Under the pieces are notes generated by a model that worked only from the letters and a program-made list of their open reading frames with translations, was not told where the DNA came from and searched no databases. Source: Verrucomicrobiota bacterium (GTDB lineage Bacteria; Verrucomicrobiota; Verrucomicrobiia; Opitutales; UBA953). Taken from it: a stretch of DNA of 64,000 bases. The stretch spans positions 4,713 through 68,712 of the forward strand of contig JBJTTY010000100.1 in the NCBI GenBank assembly GCA_046080425.1, read 5' to 3'. The position numbers and the translations under genes are program-made. Positions 10,501-20,296 of this stretch are shown one piece after another. Positions within the stretch are counted from its first letter, which is position 1. Each line of letters starts with the position of its first letter.

Positions 10501-11323
10501 CCTCGGAGAACACGCGCCGCATCTCGGCCTCGCTCTTGAGGTAGAACTCGCGCGCGGGGTAGCGCATGCGGCGCTCGTCGGCCAGGCGCGCCCCGGTCTG
10601 GATGCAGAGCATGGCGTCGTGCGCGGTGGCGTCGCCCTCCCCGACGTAGTGCACGTCGTTGGTGGCCACGACGCGGAGGCGGAACTCCTCGGCCAGGCGG
10701 AGCAGCGGCGCGATGATGCGCTTCTGCTCCTCGATGCCGTGGTCCATGATCTCGATCACGAAGTTCTCCCGCCCGAAGATTTCGACGAAGCGGCCGCAGG
10801 CCTTGCGCGCGCCTTCCCAGTCGTCCTTGAGCAGGTGCTGCGGGATGACGCCCTGCAGGCAGCCGGAGAAGCCAATCAGGCCCTCGGCGTGGGCGGCGAG
10901 CTGCGTGAGGTCGGTGCGCGGCTTGTAATGCAGGCCGCGGACGTGCGCGTCGGAGACGAGCTTGGTCAGGTTCTGGTAGCCCTTGAAGCTGCGGGCCAGC
11001 ACGCCCATGTGGTAGTAGCGGTGTTCGCGGCGGTCGGGCTTGTCGGTCAGGGCGTGGTCCCACACGAGGTAGAGCTCGCAGCCGAGGAGGGGCTTGAGCT
11101 TCACGTCGCCCTTGGAGCACTGCTTGGCCTCGTTCCAGAAGTCGAAGAGCCCGAAGAGGTTCCCGTGGTCCGTGATGGCCACGGCGCGCATGTTCATGTC
11201 GCAGGCGCGGGCCATCAGCCGGTCGATGCGGCTGCAGCCGTCCAGCATGCTGTAGTCCGTGTGGACGTGCAGGTGGACGAAGTCGCGGCTCTCGTGCTCG
11301 GCGGCCATGCTGGGGATGGCCAT
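7565..11323 (-). CDS. dnaE: DNA polymerase III alpha subunit
   Basis: 1252 aa. PHP domain [13 protein letters not shown], conserved polymerase core ([23 protein letters not shown]) and C-terminal OB region. An alternative ATG lies 15 nt downstream. Confidence 0.95.
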   Translation of the reverse strand: MAIPSMAAEHESRDFVHLHVHTDYSMLDGCSRIDRLMARACDMNMRAVAITDHGNLFGLFDFWNEAKQCSKGDVKLKPLLGCELYLVWDHALTDKPDRREHRYYHMGVLARSFKGYQNLTKLVSDAHVRGLHYKPRTDLTQLAAHAEGLIGFSGCLQGVIPQHLLKDDWEGARKACGRFVEIFGRENFVIEIMDHGIEEQKRIIAPLLRLAEEFRLRVVATNDVHYVGEGDATAHDAMLCIQTGARLADERRMRYPAREFYLKSEAEMRRVFSEVPEAITNTVAVAEMCDVKLPVGQNNYPVYVFPPEVRPKPAAKFDVILDDYERLKNGLLATQGKEAAFKVDAAARDKMRANGSYLLEQVKHGLKDRYGVDYDDPASWKDEQAPGPDRASPAELCRRVDFELGVIAGTGFVDYFLIVWDFIDWARRQDIPVGPGRGSGAGSIVAYCLKITDIDPIRFGLLFERFLNPERVSAPDFDIDFCMRRRDEVVAYVRRKYGEDRVANIITFGTFGAKMVVRDLARIRDLPFVETNRLAKLVPDDINISLEDALRKSNELSAEVEANPQAAEIIETGRVIEGMVRNSGKHACGMIIADRPLTDIIPVTMQEGDLTTQYAKDPVEKLGLLKMDFLGLKTLTVIDDAQRLVRRHRGRPDFDIEKAGFEDAKTYALLNDARTVGVFQLESGGMQSLCRQFSISSIDEIVALIALYRPGPMQFIPDYVRGKKDPAMVKYAHPLLEKVARETYGILVYQEQVMEAARVVAGYTLGGADMLRRAMGKKIKEEMEQQRSIFVEGAKATNGIERKKAEEIFAILEKFAEYGFNKSHSAAYAVLSWRTAYLKANYPVEFMSAVLTSEQGNSDKLAEFVGEAEAIGLKMLGPDVNLSDTDFTPVPADNAIRFGLGAIKGVGDVAARAVVAERAKNGPFRDFSEFVARMGDQDVNARTLDCLIRAGAFDGTGEDRQHLVDSVESVRRHHSTERKERASGQGSLFDMLADDAAGDVRQADLIIRRSAPMPKLEKLNGEKQLLGFYLSGHPLADYHGLDEAVATLSGPPERLELDRKERHPVRLCGIVSMLEKKISKKDNRPWALFQVATRSATVPVMMFSEAYEEAAALKEGELPLLMDGSHVIVDARLVFREEREEWMVNAHAIRPLRTAPGLLKKVLFALRPGPEAGEFMERLVSHARRVDGPTIVQVGFVQPDGRVLVAEAARGMTTRFDFASYGEFGRHPACMGVQVEAQAPSSPALRKYGPRS

Positions 11324-11345
11324 CCTAGGGACGCCCGCGGGGGAT

Positions 11346-11376
11346 GGGGAAGGGCAAAGGGCCGAGGCGTCGGCCC
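11346..11376 (-). terminator. Possible weak intrinsic terminator between tyrS and dnaE
   Basis: The minus strand reads GGGCCGA-CGCC-TCGGCCC followed by TTTGCCCTT. The 7-bp GC stem has only a 3-T tail. Confidence 0.35.
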
Positions 11377-11380
11377 GGCC

Positions 11381-12568
11381 TCACTTCACCTTCAGGAAGG
11401 TCCGCTTGCCGGCCTGGATGACGAGCTCTCCCGCCGGGCGGGCGACCTTGCGGGCGGGGTCCGCGACCTTCTCCTCGCCGAGGCGGACGGCGCCGCCCTC
11501 AATCAGGCGGCGGACTTCCTTCTTGGACGGGAACAGGCCGGTGGCGGTCAGCAGGTCGACGACGCCGACCTCGGCCGCGCCGCCGGAGAGGGCGTCCCAG
11601 GCGAACTCGGGCATGTCGCTGCGCACGCCGCCCTTGGAGAAGACGTTCTCGAACTCGGCCCGCTCACGCGCCCCGGCGCCCTCGCCGTGGAACATGTCCG
11701 TGAGACGCGCGGCCAGGCGCTTCTTGGCCTCCATCGGGTGGAGGGCCCTGAGCTCCGCGACCTCGGCCGGCGCGGCCAGAAGCAGGAGGTCGTAGTAGGC
11801 CCACATGGTGGCGTCGGGCACCGACATGATGCGCCCGAACATGTCCTTGGCGGGATGGTTGAAGGCGATGTAGTTGCCGAGGCTCTTCGACATCTTCTTC
11901 TCGCCGTCGAGGCCCACGAGGAGGGGCATGCCGAGGACGGCCTGCGGCGGCTGCCCGTGCTGCTCCTGGAGGTCGCGCCCGACGAGCATGTTAAAGAGCT
12001 GGTCGCTGCCGCCGATCTCGACGTCGGCCTTGAGCTCGACGGAGTCGTGTCCCTGCAGGAGGGGGTAGAGGAACTCGACGAGGGAGATGGGCACGTTGGC
12101 GGCGTGACGCTTGGCGAAGTCGTCCCGCGCCAGCATCTGCGCCACGGTCATCCGGCGGCTGAGCTGGAGGGCGTCGAGGAATGACATCTTCCCGAACCAC
12201 TCGCTGTTGCGGCGGACCTCGGTCTTCTTCGGATCGAGGATGCGGAAGGCCTGGTCGAGGTACGTCCGCGCGTTCTCCTCGATCTCGGCCTCGCTGAGCA
12301 CGGGCCGGGTCTCGGACTTGCCGGTGGGGTCGCCGATGCGCGTGGTGTAGTCGCCGATGATCAGGACGGCCTGATGGCCCATGTCCTGGAACTCGCGCAG
12401 CTTCTGGAAGACGACCATGTGCCCGAAGGTCAGGTCGGGACGGGTCGGGTCCACGCCCAGCTTCACGCGCAGGCGGCGCCCTTCCTTGAGGCGCCTGAGC
12501 ACGTCCTCGCCGCCGATGAACTTCTCGGCGCGGGCGCGCATCCGCTGCAGCTGCTCCTCGGGGGACAT
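11381..12568 (-). CDS. tyrS: Tyrosyl-tRNA synthetase
   Basis: 395 aa. HIGH-variant LTFGHM, KMSKS (KKMSKSLGN), C-terminal S4-like RNA-binding domain. Confidence 0.95.
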   Translation of the reverse strand: MSPEEQLQRMRARAEKFIGGEDVLRRLKEGRRLRVKLGVDPTRPDLTFGHMVVFQKLREFQDMGHQAVLIIGDYTTRIGDPTGKSETRPVLSEAEIEENARTYLDQAFRILDPKKTEVRRNSEWFGKMSFLDALQLSRRMTVAQMLARDDFAKRHAANVPISLVEFLYPLLQGHDSVELKADVEIGGSDQLFNMLVGRDLQEQHGQPPQAVLGMPLLVGLDGEKKMSKSLGNYIAFNHPAKDMFGRIMSVPDATMWAYYDLLLLAAPAEVAELRALHPMEAKKRLAARLTDMFHGEGAGARERAEFENVFSKGGVRSDMPEFAWDALSGGAAEVGVVDLLTATGLFPSKKEVRRLIEGGAVRLGEEKVADPARKVARPAGELVIQAGKRTFLKVK

Positions 12569-12680
12569 GCGTCCAATGTTCCCGAACCCGCCCCGGGGGG
12601 AAGTTTAAATTAGCGCGGCACAAGCCGCCGAGGTCGGGGCCGAGCCCGCCCCGTCCGCTTTCGGCCTCCGGCCGGCCGTC

Positions 12681-14123
12681 ATGTCGGCCTTTCAACTCGC
12701 CCGCACCCTTGCCCTTCGCGGGGTTCCGGCTCCTAATGGAGGCATGGACTTCGTCCGGGAGCTCACCGAATACGTCAGGCACGCCAGCGTCTCGACCGAT
12801 CCCGCCTTCCGCGCGGGGATGGAGGGCGCCCGGGAACACTGCTGCGGGCTGCTCCGCCAGGCGGGGCTCGAGGTCGAAGTGGTCCCCACGCCGCTGCACC
12901 CGGTCGTGATCGGCCGTCGCCGCGGGCCGGCCGAATGGCCCCACGTCGTGCTCTACGGCCACTACGACGTCCAGCCCGCGGATCCGCTGGACCTCTGGAC
13001 CGCGCCCGCCTTCGAGCCCGTCGTGCGCGACGGTCGCATCTGGGGCCGGGGCACCGCAGACAACAAGGGCCCGCACCTCGTCGCCGTCGCCGCGCTGGCC
13101 GAGCTGCTCCGCCGGCGTCCCGACCTCCCGCTGCGCATCACGTTCCTCATCGAGGGCGAGGAGGAGATCGGCTCGCCGAGCTTCCCGGAGTTCCTCCACG
13201 CGAGGAAGGCCGAACTGGCCGAGGCCGACTGCGTCATCCTCTCCGACACCGCCAGCCCGAGCCCCGACCAGATCGTCATCACGACCGGTCTCCGCGGACT
13301 CGTGGGCATGGAGATCGGTCTGGTCGGCCCCAAGTCCGACCTGCACTCGGGACTCTTCGGCGGCGCGGTCTACAACCCCATCCAGGCGCTGACGGAACTC
13401 TGCGCGTCCCTCCACGACGCCGACAACGCCGTGGCGGTGGAAGGTTTCTACGAAGGGGTCGAGGCCCCCGCCCGCTGGGAACGCGACGAGCTGCGCCGCT
13501 ACCCTCTCTCGGAGGACGACTTCCGTCGCTCGCTGGGCGTGGACGAGCTGCACCCCGGCCCCGGCATGGACGGACTCGAGGCCGTGCGCTTCGGGCCGAC
13601 GCTCGAGTTCAACGGCATCGGCGGCGGCTACCAGGGCGCCGGCACCAAGACCGTCATCCCTTCGCGCGTCTTCGCCAAGCTCACCTGCCGGCTCGTGCCG
13701 GGCCAGGATCCCGCCGACATCTTCCGCCGCGTCTCCGAGGCCGTGCGCGCCCGCGCCCCCAAGGGCGTGCGCGTCGAGATCCGTGAGACGCAGGGCAACC
13801 CCGCCTACTTCGTCTGCCCGCCCGACCGGCCCAACACGCCCGCGGACCAGAATCCCGTGCTCGCCCGCGCGTTCCGCGAAGCCGACCGCGCGGTCGCCGA
13901 GGCCTTCGGCCGGCCGCCGCTCTACCTGCGCGAAGGAGGCAGCGTGCCCATCATCGGCGACATCCGCCGTGAGACCGGACTCGACTCCGTGATGATTGGG
14001 CTCTTCACGCCGGAGTCCCGCCTCCACGCCCCGGACGAGAACTTCGAGCTCAAGATGGCCGAGCGGGCCGTCAAAGCCTACGGGCTGCTGCTCGAGCGGC
14101 TTGCCGGAACGCCCCGGCGTTGA
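12681..14123 (+). CDS. M20 family metallopeptidase / dipeptidase (ArgE/DapE/CPG2-like)
   Basis: 480-aa ORF. HYDVQP, GRGTADNKG and EGEEEIGS metal/catalytic blocks. A family-typical start MDFVRELTEYV at 12744 is an equally plausible alternative. Confidence 0.85.
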   Translation: MSAFQLARTLALRGVPAPNGGMDFVRELTEYVRHASVSTDPAFRAGMEGAREHCCGLLRQAGLEVEVVPTPLHPVVIGRRRGPAEWPHVVLYGHYDVQPADPLDLWTAPAFEPVVRDGRIWGRGTADNKGPHLVAVAALAELLRRRPDLPLRITFLIEGEEEIGSPSFPEFLHARKAELAEADCVILSDTASPSPDQIVITTGLRGLVGMEIGLVGPKSDLHSGLFGGAVYNPIQALTELCASLHDADNAVAVEGFYEGVEAPARWERDELRRYPLSEDDFRRSLGVDELHPGPGMDGLEAVRFGPTLEFNGIGGGYQGAGTKTVIPSRVFAKLTCRLVPGQDPADIFRRVSEAVRARAPKGVRVEIRETQGNPAYFVCPPDRPNTPADQNPVLARAFREADRAVAEAFGRPPLYLREGGSVPIIGDIRRETGLDSVMIGLFTPESRLHAPDENFELKMAERAVKAYGLLLERLAGTPRR

Positions 14124-14218
14124 AGGAAAAAGGGCGTTTTGAGCCGATTTGGCCGTAGGTTCGGAGGTTTTCGCCTTCCGCCGCCGCCTCTGAGCCGCCA
14201 ACCTCCTGACTTCCATCC

Positions 14219-15088
14219 ATGGCTGTCTTCCGCAAGCGCACCCACACCCCGACTCCCAAGAAGAAGGACATCCCCGCCGGGCTCTGGGTGAAGTGCCCGT
14301 CGACCGGCGAGATGGTCTACACCAAGGACCTCGAGGCCAACTGGAACGTCTTCCCTGTCTCCGGCTACCATGAGCGCCTGCCCGCCCGCCGCCGCATCGA
14401 GCTCCTCATCGACGAGGGCACCTGGAAGGAGACCGACGCCCGCCTTGTCTCCCGCGACCCCCTGAAGTTCACCGCCGGCGGATCCTATCCCGAGCGCGTC
14501 GCCCAGCACCAGAAGAAGTCCGGCCTGCGCGACTCCGTCATCTGCGGCCACGGCCGCATGGACGGCCTGCCCGTCAGCCTCGCCGTCATGGACTTCGCCT
14601 TCATGGGCGCGTCGATGGGCTCGGTCGCCGGCGAGAAGGTCGCCCGCGCTATCGAGCGCGCGCTCAAGATGAAGTGCCCCTGCGTCGTCGTCTGCGCCTC
14701 GGGCGGAGCCCGCATGCAGGAGGGCATCCTCTCCCTCATGCAGATGGCCAAGACGTCCGCCGCGCTCGCCCGACTGCGCGAGGCCGGCCTGCCCTACGTC
14801 GCCGTGCTCACCAATCCCACCATGGCGGGCGTGATGGCCAGCTACGCCACGCTCGGCGACGTCATCGTGGCCGAGCCCGGCGCGCTCATAGGCTTCGCCG
14901 GCGCGCGCGTCATCAAGGAGACGACCAACCAAGACCTGCCCGACGGCTTCCAGACCTCGGAGTTCCTGCTCAAGCGCGGCCTCATCGACATGATCGTCGA
15001 GCGCAAGGAGATGAAGGCCAGACTCTCCAGTCTGCTCCGCGCCTTCACCCACGCCCGCCGCCGGCCGACCCGCGCCCACGCGGCCTGA
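14219..15088 (+). CDS. accD: Acetyl-CoA carboxylase carboxyltransferase beta subunit
   Basis: 289 aa. [15 protein letters not shown] terminus, MGGSMG-like FMGASMGSV and GGARMQEG blocks. Confidence 0.95.
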   Translation: MAVFRKRTHTPTPKKKDIPAGLWVKCPSTGEMVYTKDLEANWNVFPVSGYHERLPARRRIELLIDEGTWKETDARLVSRDPLKFTAGGSYPERVAQHQKKSGLRDSVICGHGRMDGLPVSLAVMDFAFMGASMGSVAGEKVARAIERALKMKCPCVVVCASGGARMQEGILSLMQMAKTSAALARLREAGLPYVAVLTNPTMAGVMASYATLGDVIVAEPGALIGFAGARVIKETTNQDLPDGFQTSEFLLKRGLIDMIVERKEMKARLSSLLRAFTHARRRPTRAHAA

Positions 15089-15098
15089 TCCAGCGCCG

Positions 15099-16361
15099 AT
15101 GGACGCGGACGCGACGATCCGCTGGCTGACCGGACTGCGCAACCTGGGCTCGCGGCTCGGGGTAGAACGCATGCGCGCTCTCTCCGCCCGACTCGGCCAT
15201 CCCGAGCTCGCCGCCCCCTGCTTCCACGTCGCGGGCACCAACGGCAAGGGCTCCACGTGCGCGATGATCGAGGCGGTGCAACGCGCGCACGGCCGTCTGA
15301 CGGGGCTCTACACGAGCCCGCACCTGGTCTCGGTCGGCGAACGCATCCGGGTCGGCCGGCAGGCGGTCAGCGAGGCGCGCGTGGCCGAGCTCGCCGAGGC
15401 GCTCCGGCCGCATCACGACGCGCTCGCGGCGCAGGACGCGGACCTCGCGCCGACGTTCTTCGAGCTGATCACCGCCGCGGCGCTGCTCGAGTTCCGCGAG
15501 CGACGCACCGACGTCAACGTGCTTGAGACCGGGCTCGGCGGCCGTCTCGACGCGACCAATGTCTGCGCGCCGGAGGTCACCGTCATCACGTCCATCGGGC
15601 TCGACCACCAGGAATTCCTCGGCCCGACGTACGCGGACATCGCCCGGGAGAAGGCCGGCATCATCAAGCCCGGCGTGCCCTGCGTCATGGCCGACCTGCC
15701 GCCCGAGGCTGAGGCGGCCGTGCGCGCCCGCGCCGCGGAAGTCGGCGCGCCGTTGCACCTCGTCCGCGAACGTTTCCGTGACGGCCTGCCCGAGTGCGGC
15801 ATGGCCGGCGACCACCAGCGGCGCAACGCCGGCGCGGCCCTGCTCGCGTGCGAGCTCGCCGCCCGACTGCCCGTGAGGGACGACGTCGCGCGCGAGGCGC
15901 TGCGCTCGGCGACCTGGGAGGGACGCTGGCAACGGCTGCCCCTGGATGACGGCCGCGTCCTCGTCGTCGACGGCGCCCACAATGAGGAGGGCGCCCGCGC
16001 GGCCGAGGCGCTCCTCGCCGGGCTTGGCTCCCCGACGGTCATCCTGGGCGCGCTCGGCGCGGCGCGCGCCCGTCCGCTGGTCGAGGCGGCCGCCCGCCAC
16101 GCCGGCCGGCTCATCTTCGTGCGTCCCGACGATGAGCGCGCGTGCGACCCCGCCGAGCTTCTCGCCCTGGTGCCCGCGGCCTTCCGCGGCGAGTCGTCGG
16201 TCGCGCGCACGGCCGACCTCTTCCCCGCGCCGGGACATTGCGCCGCGCCCGGCGACGCCGTCGTCGCGCTCGGTTCGCTCTACCTGGTGGGCGAAGTCAT
16301 CGCCCGCCATTCCGGCCGCCGCCGCGACGCGCTGCAGGACCGGCTCAACGCGCCGCGATGA
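15099..16361 (+). CDS. folC: Bifunctional folylpolyglutamate synthase / dihydrofolate synthase
   Basis: 420 aa. Mur-ligase P-loop HVAGTNGKGST. Conserved accD-folC adjacency. Confidence 0.9.
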   Translation: MDADATIRWLTGLRNLGSRLGVERMRALSARLGHPELAAPCFHVAGTNGKGSTCAMIEAVQRAHGRLTGLYTSPHLVSVGERIRVGRQAVSEARVAELAEALRPHHDALAAQDADLAPTFFELITAAALLEFRERRTDVNVLETGLGGRLDATNVCAPEVTVITSIGLDHQEFLGPTYADIAREKAGIIKPGVPCVMADLPPEAEAAVRARAAEVGAPLHLVRERFRDGLPECGMAGDHQRRNAGAALLACELAARLPVRDDVAREALRSATWEGRWQRLPLDDGRVLVVDGAHNEEGARAAEALLAGLGSPTVILGALGAARARPLVEAAARHAGRLIFVRPDDERACDPAELLALVPAAFRGESSVARTADLFPAPGHCAAPGDAVVALGSLYLVGEVIARHSGRRRDALQDRLNAPR

Positions 16362-17161
16362 GCGACTGGAAGTTCGTCCCGCCCGGAACGGATCCGCCCA
16401 AGGTCGACCCCGCCGACCTGCCCGGCTGGCTGCTCGCGGAGGACGACGACTACCTCGTTTTCGACAAGCCGGGCTGGCTCGTCTGCCATCCTTCCAAGGA
16501 CGGCCCGTGGTCCTCGCTGGTCGGCGCGGTCAAGGCATGGCGCGGCATGGAGGTCTCCCACCTCGTCAGCCGCCTCGACCGGGAGACGAGCGGCATCATC
16601 CTCATCGCGAAGCACTACGCCGCGGCCTCGGCCGCGCAGACCGCCATCGAGCGACGGCTGGTCCTCAAGACCTACCATGCGATCCTGCGGGGCGAGCTGA
16701 AGGAGCCCGTGACGGTCGACCAGCCGCTCGGGCCCGACGAGACCAGCGAGGTCGTGGTGAAGACCGCCGTGCGCCCCGGCCCGGGCTCGCTGCCGGCCGC
16801 GACGTTCTTCGAGCCGCTGCTCACCGGCGGCGGATACACCCTCGCGCGCGTCCAGCCGCACACCGGGCGCAAGCACCAGATTCGCGCCCACGCGCTGTGG
16901 CTCGGCCATCCGGTGGCCGGCGACAAGATGTATGGCGGCGACGACACGCTGTTCCTCGAGTTTATCGCGCACGGATGGACCCCGCGGCTGGCCGCGAAGC
17001 TCGAGTTCGGCCGCCAGGCCCTGCACGCCAGCCGCCTCGACTTCCGCTCACCCGCCTTCACGCGCACGTTCTCCGCCCCCCTCGCGGCCGACATGCGCGC
17101 GTTCGTCCTCGGGCGCATGGGCGTCGCGCCGGCGGCCCTCGACGCGGCCCTCGCCGAGTGA
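16358..17161 (+). CDS. RluA family pseudouridine synthase
   Basis: ATG at 16358 overlaps the folC stop (ATGA), giving 267 aa starting MSDWKF. Catalytic motif SRLDRETSGIILIAK and HQIRAH block. The track ORF start at 16142 lies inside folC. Confidence 0.85.
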   Translation: MSDWKFVPPGTDPPKVDPADLPGWLLAEDDDYLVFDKPGWLVCHPSKDGPWSSLVGAVKAWRGMEVSHLVSRLDRETSGIILIAKHYAAASAAQTAIERRLVLKTYHAILRGELKEPVTVDQPLGPDETSEVVVKTAVRPGPGSLPAATFFEPLLTGGGYTLARVQPHTGRKHQIRAHALWLGHPVAGDKMYGGDDTLFLEFIAHGWTPRLAAKLEFGRQALHASRLDFRSPAFTRTFSAPLAADMRAFVLGRMGVAPAALDAALAE

Positions 17162-17162
17162 C

Positions 17163-17885
17163 TCAGCCGTGCGCGAGCGCCGCTGCGTCGACGAGGCGCG
17201 CCCCCGCCCGACGCAGCGTCCGCGCGCACGCCGAGAGCGTCGCGCCCGTGGTGAGCACGTCGTCAATCACGACGTGACGGGCCGCCGGATCCGGCCGCCC
17301 GACGGCGAGGAACGCGTCGGCGACATTGCGGCGTCGCTCCTTGCGTCCGAGCCGCGTCTGCGTGGGCGTGTCTTCGGTTCGTCTCAACAGCCGCCGCAAC
17401 GCGCAGCCCGGCGCGCGTCGCGCCAGGGCCGCGGCCACCTCGAGCGCCTGGTCGTAGCCGCGTTCGGCCGCCCGGGCGGCATGCAACGGCACCGGCACCA
17501 GCGTCGAGCCGGCGAGATGCCGCCGGAAGGCCTCGTCCTCGAGCGCCGCGTCCGCGAGGTCCTCCGCGAGCCAGGGGGCGCCGGAATACTTCATCCGGTG
17601 GATGAGCCGGCGTGCCGCCCCGCGTGCCCGGAAGGCGCAGACCGCGCGTCCGAAGGCGGGCCGGAGGCCGCGGCAGTGAGGGCACTCCGTCTCCCCTTCG
17701 AGCAGTCCCTCGTAGGGATGTCCGCAGCGCAGGCAGCGCGGATCATGGATGCGCATCAGCCGGGCCGCCCCCTCCGGCGAGAGATGGGCTCGGATTCCTT
17801 CATCCAGCGGCTCGCCCGTGACCGCGCAATCCCGCGGTAGCAGCAGGTCGAGCAGTCCGCGGTCGAGAATCTCAGGCAGCCCCAC
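17163..17885 (-). CDS. ComF family protein (phosphoribosyltransferase domain)
   Basis: 240 aa. N-terminal Cys pairs (CLRCGHP...CPHC) and PRTase motif VVIDDVLTTGATL. Confidence 0.8.
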   Translation of the reverse strand: MGLPEILDRGLLDLLLPRDCAVTGEPLDEGIRAHLSPEGAARLMRIHDPRCLRCGHPYEGLLEGETECPHCRGLRPAFGRAVCAFRARGAARRLIHRMKYSGAPWLAEDLADAALEDEAFRRHLAGSTLVPVPLHAARAAERGYDQALEVAAALARRAPGCALRRLLRRTEDTPTQTRLGRKERRRNVADAFLAVGRPDPAARHVVIDDVLTTGATLSACARTLRRAGARLVDAAALAHG

Positions 17886-18333
17886 GAGCCTCCTTCCGGA
17901 GCCAGCGACGCTTGCGTGTGCCGCCCCAGGCGAAGCCGCCCGGGCCGTCGGCGGCCACCACGCGGTGGCAGGGGATCAGGCCCGCGAGCGGATTCGCCGC
18001 CAGCGCCCCGCCGACCGCGCGCGCGGAACCGCAGCCCACTTTTCGGGCGAGCGACCCATAGGTGGCCGTCCGTCCCCCGGGGATGTGCAGGCAGGCCCGC
18101 CACACCTTGACGCGGAAGGGGGAGCCCGCGGCCACCGCCACCTTCGCCCGCGGAGCCCGGCCCGCGATCGGCCGCACGCCGAGCCGCCTGAGCAGCGCGA
18201 GGAGCGCCGGACGGCCGGGGGCGCGCGCCACCAGCCGACCGTCTGGCGTCACCGCCTCCGCGAAGCCGCTGCGGAACGCCGTCCGCGTCTCGAGGCCCCG
18301 GAGGGAGCCGGCGGGAACGAACCGGACGCGCAT
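17872..18333 (-). CDS. ogt: Methylated-DNA--protein-cysteine methyltransferase
   Basis: 153 aa. Active-site IPCHRVV. 14-nt overlap with comF. Confidence 0.85.
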   Translation of the reverse strand: MRVRFVPAGSLRGLETRTAFRSGFAEAVTPDGRLVARAPGRPALLALLRRLGVRPIAGRAPRAKVAVAAGSPFRVKVWRACLHIPGGRTATYGSLARKVGCGSARAVGGALAANPLAGLIPCHRVVAADGPGGFAWGGTRKRRWLRKEARGAA

Positions 18334-18395
18334 GCGTTCAGAATGCGTTTGCCCGTCCAGCCGTTCAATCCAAGGTTCACCCCATACGTCCCTCG

Positions 18396-19544
18396 ATGGC
18401 CTTCGACTTTGACACCTGTCCCGAGCGGGCGGGCACGGACAGCACCAAATGGCACAAGTATGCCGGCCGCGACGTCATCCCCTGCTGGATCGCGGACATG
18501 GACTTCATGTCGCCGCCGGCGGTGGTCGAGGCCGTGCGAGAGCGCGCCGCCCATGGCGTCTTCGGCTACCCCTCGCAGCGTGACGCCGTCTTCGCGTCGG
18601 TCGTCAACCACCTGCGCCGCCGGCACGGCTGGGAGGTCCGCCCCGAGTGGATCACCTTCATGTGCTCGCTCGTGCCGGGCATCCACGCGGCCATCCGGTG
18701 CGCCAGCGCCCACGGTGACTCCGTCGTCACCACCGTGCCCGTCTACCCGCCGTTCATGACGGCGCCCGTGCTCTCCGAGCGCAACCCGATCAAGCTCGAA
18801 ATGGTCTTCGAGGCCGGCCGCTGGACGTTCGACTGGGACCGCCTCGAGGCGGCCTGCGCGCAGCCGCACGCCAAGGTCCTGCTGCTCTGCAACCCCTACA
18901 ACCCGCTCGCCCGCGTCTTCGACCGCGACGAGCTGCGCCGGCTCGGCGACCTTGTGCGCCGCCACGACCTGACCGTCTGCTCCGACGAGATCCACTGCGA
19001 CCTCCTGCTCGACCCGGCCGCCAAGCACACCGTCTTCGCGGCCATGGACGAGGACCTCGCCGCGCGCACGGTCACGCTGATGGCCGCGAGCAAGACCTTC
19101 AACGTCGCCGGACTCACCTGCGGCTTCGCGGTCATCTCCGATCCGGCGCTGCGCACGCGCTTCCGGCGCGTCCTGCAGGGGCTCTCTCTGGACCAGAACA
19201 TGTTCGGCCTCGTCGCCACCCAGGCCGCCTTCGACCACGGCGAGCTCTGGCGCCAGGCCTGCGTCGAATACCTCCGCGGCAACCTCGACCTCATCGAGCG
19301 CGAGCTCCGCGGCATGCCCGGCGTCGTCCTCCGACAGCGACCGCAGGCCAGCTTCCTCGCTTGGTTCGACGTCATCGCGCTCGGCTTCGACGATCCGCAC
19401 GCCGAGTTCGAGAAGGGAGGCGTCGGCCTGAGCAACGGGGCCGACTTCGGTGGCCCGGGGCACGTACGACTCAACTTCGGCTGCCCGCGGCCGCGCCTGC
19501 AGGAGATCCTGCGTCGCATGAAGGCTGTCGTCGCCTGCGCCTGA
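18396..19544 (+). CDS. MalY/PatB family PLP-dependent C-S lyase (class I/II aminotransferase fold)
   Basis: 382 aa. CNPYNP block and PLP-lysine context ASKTFNVAGL. Confidence 0.85.
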   Translation: MAFDFDTCPERAGTDSTKWHKYAGRDVIPCWIADMDFMSPPAVVEAVRERAAHGVFGYPSQRDAVFASVVNHLRRRHGWEVRPEWITFMCSLVPGIHAAIRCASAHGDSVVTTVPVYPPFMTAPVLSERNPIKLEMVFEAGRWTFDWDRLEAACAQPHAKVLLLCNPYNPLARVFDRDELRRLGDLVRRHDLTVCSDEIHCDLLLDPAAKHTVFAAMDEDLAARTVTLMAASKTFNVAGLTCGFAVISDPALRTRFRRVLQGLSLDQNMFGLVATQAAFDHGELWRQACVEYLRGNLDLIERELRGMPGVVLRQRPQASFLAWFDVIALGFDDPHAEFEKGGVGLSNGADFGGPGHVRLNFGCPRPRLQEILRRMKAVVACA

Positions 19545-19546
19545 GC

Positions 19547-20296
19547 TCAGCGTCCGCGTCCCGCGAGGGCGAAGGTCGCCACCAGGCAGGCGAGCGCCGC
19601 GTTCTCCGCGCGCAGCACCGTCGGGCCGAGCGAGCAGGGCTGGAAGCCCGCGGCGCGCGCCGCCGCCAGTTCCCCGGGCGTCAGGTCGCCTTCCGGACCG
19701 ATCAGCCAGACGACCTTCTTCGCGGCGGAAAGGTCGAGCCGCCCGACCGGCTCGGCGTCGGCTTCGAGCGAGCCCGTAAGGCGCAGTTCACCTGCGGCGG
19801 CGGGGCCGAGGGAGGCCAGCCAGCGTCCGAATTCTAAGGGCTCGGCGATGTCGGCGAGCCAGGGATGCCCTGACTGCTTGCACGCCTCGGCCGCCTGCGT
19901 CGCCCAGCGCGTGCGGCGGGCGGCCGCGCGTTCCGGCTCGAGCCGCACCTCGCTGCGCGCCGTCATGAGCGGCACGACCGTCGACGCGCCCGCCTCGCAG
20001 GCCGTGCGCACCAGGTCGTCCATCACGCCCCCCTTGGGCATGCCCTGGGCGAGCGTGACCGCGGGGTTCGGGCGCGGGGCGCGGCGGACCGAGACCAGCT
20101 CCACCGAGGCTCCGCCCGCGTCGGCCTCGGCGAGCACGCCTTCCGCCACCAGCCCGCGCCCGTCGAGCAGCGTGACCGCGTCGCCGCGTCGCGCGCGCAG
20201 GCTGCGCACGAGATGCGCGGACTCCTCGGGGCCCAGCGTGACCGTGCGCGCGCCCTCGGCGGGCGTCGCGGACAGCCAGACGCGCGGGGCGCTCAC
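19547..20296 (-). CDS. rsmE: 16S rRNA (uracil1498-N3)-methyltransferase
   Basis: RsmE-like N terminus (RVWLSATP...VTLGPEESAHLVRSLRARRGD) and C-terminal SPOUT block (GPEGD...LGPTVLRAENA). The GTG at 20296 overlapping the thiH stop (GTGA) is my preferred start; the track ORF extends to 20344. Confidence 0.8.
   Translation of the reverse strand: MSAPRVWLSATPAEGARTVTLGPEESAHLVRSLRARRGDAVTLLDGRGLVAEGVLAEADAGGASVELVSVRRAPRPNPAVTLAQGMPKGGVMDDLVRTACEAGASTVVPLMTARSEVRLEPERAAARRTRWATQAAEACKQSGHPWLADIAEPLEFGRWLASLGPAAAGELRLTGSLEADAEPVGRLDLSAAKKVVWLIGPEGDLTPGELAAARAAGFQPCSLGPTVLRAENAALACLVATFALAGRGR

Noticed and set aside
7643-12184. 1513-aa stop-free ORF on the + strand spanning the antisense of dnaE, the spacer and tyrS
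   Set aside because: The translation is low complexity (Ala/Gly/Arg/Val/His/Leu-rich) with no recognisable motifs. The opposite strand encodes two unmistakable conserved proteins. Long antisense ORFs are the expected artefact of stop-codon depletion at high GC and biased third positions.
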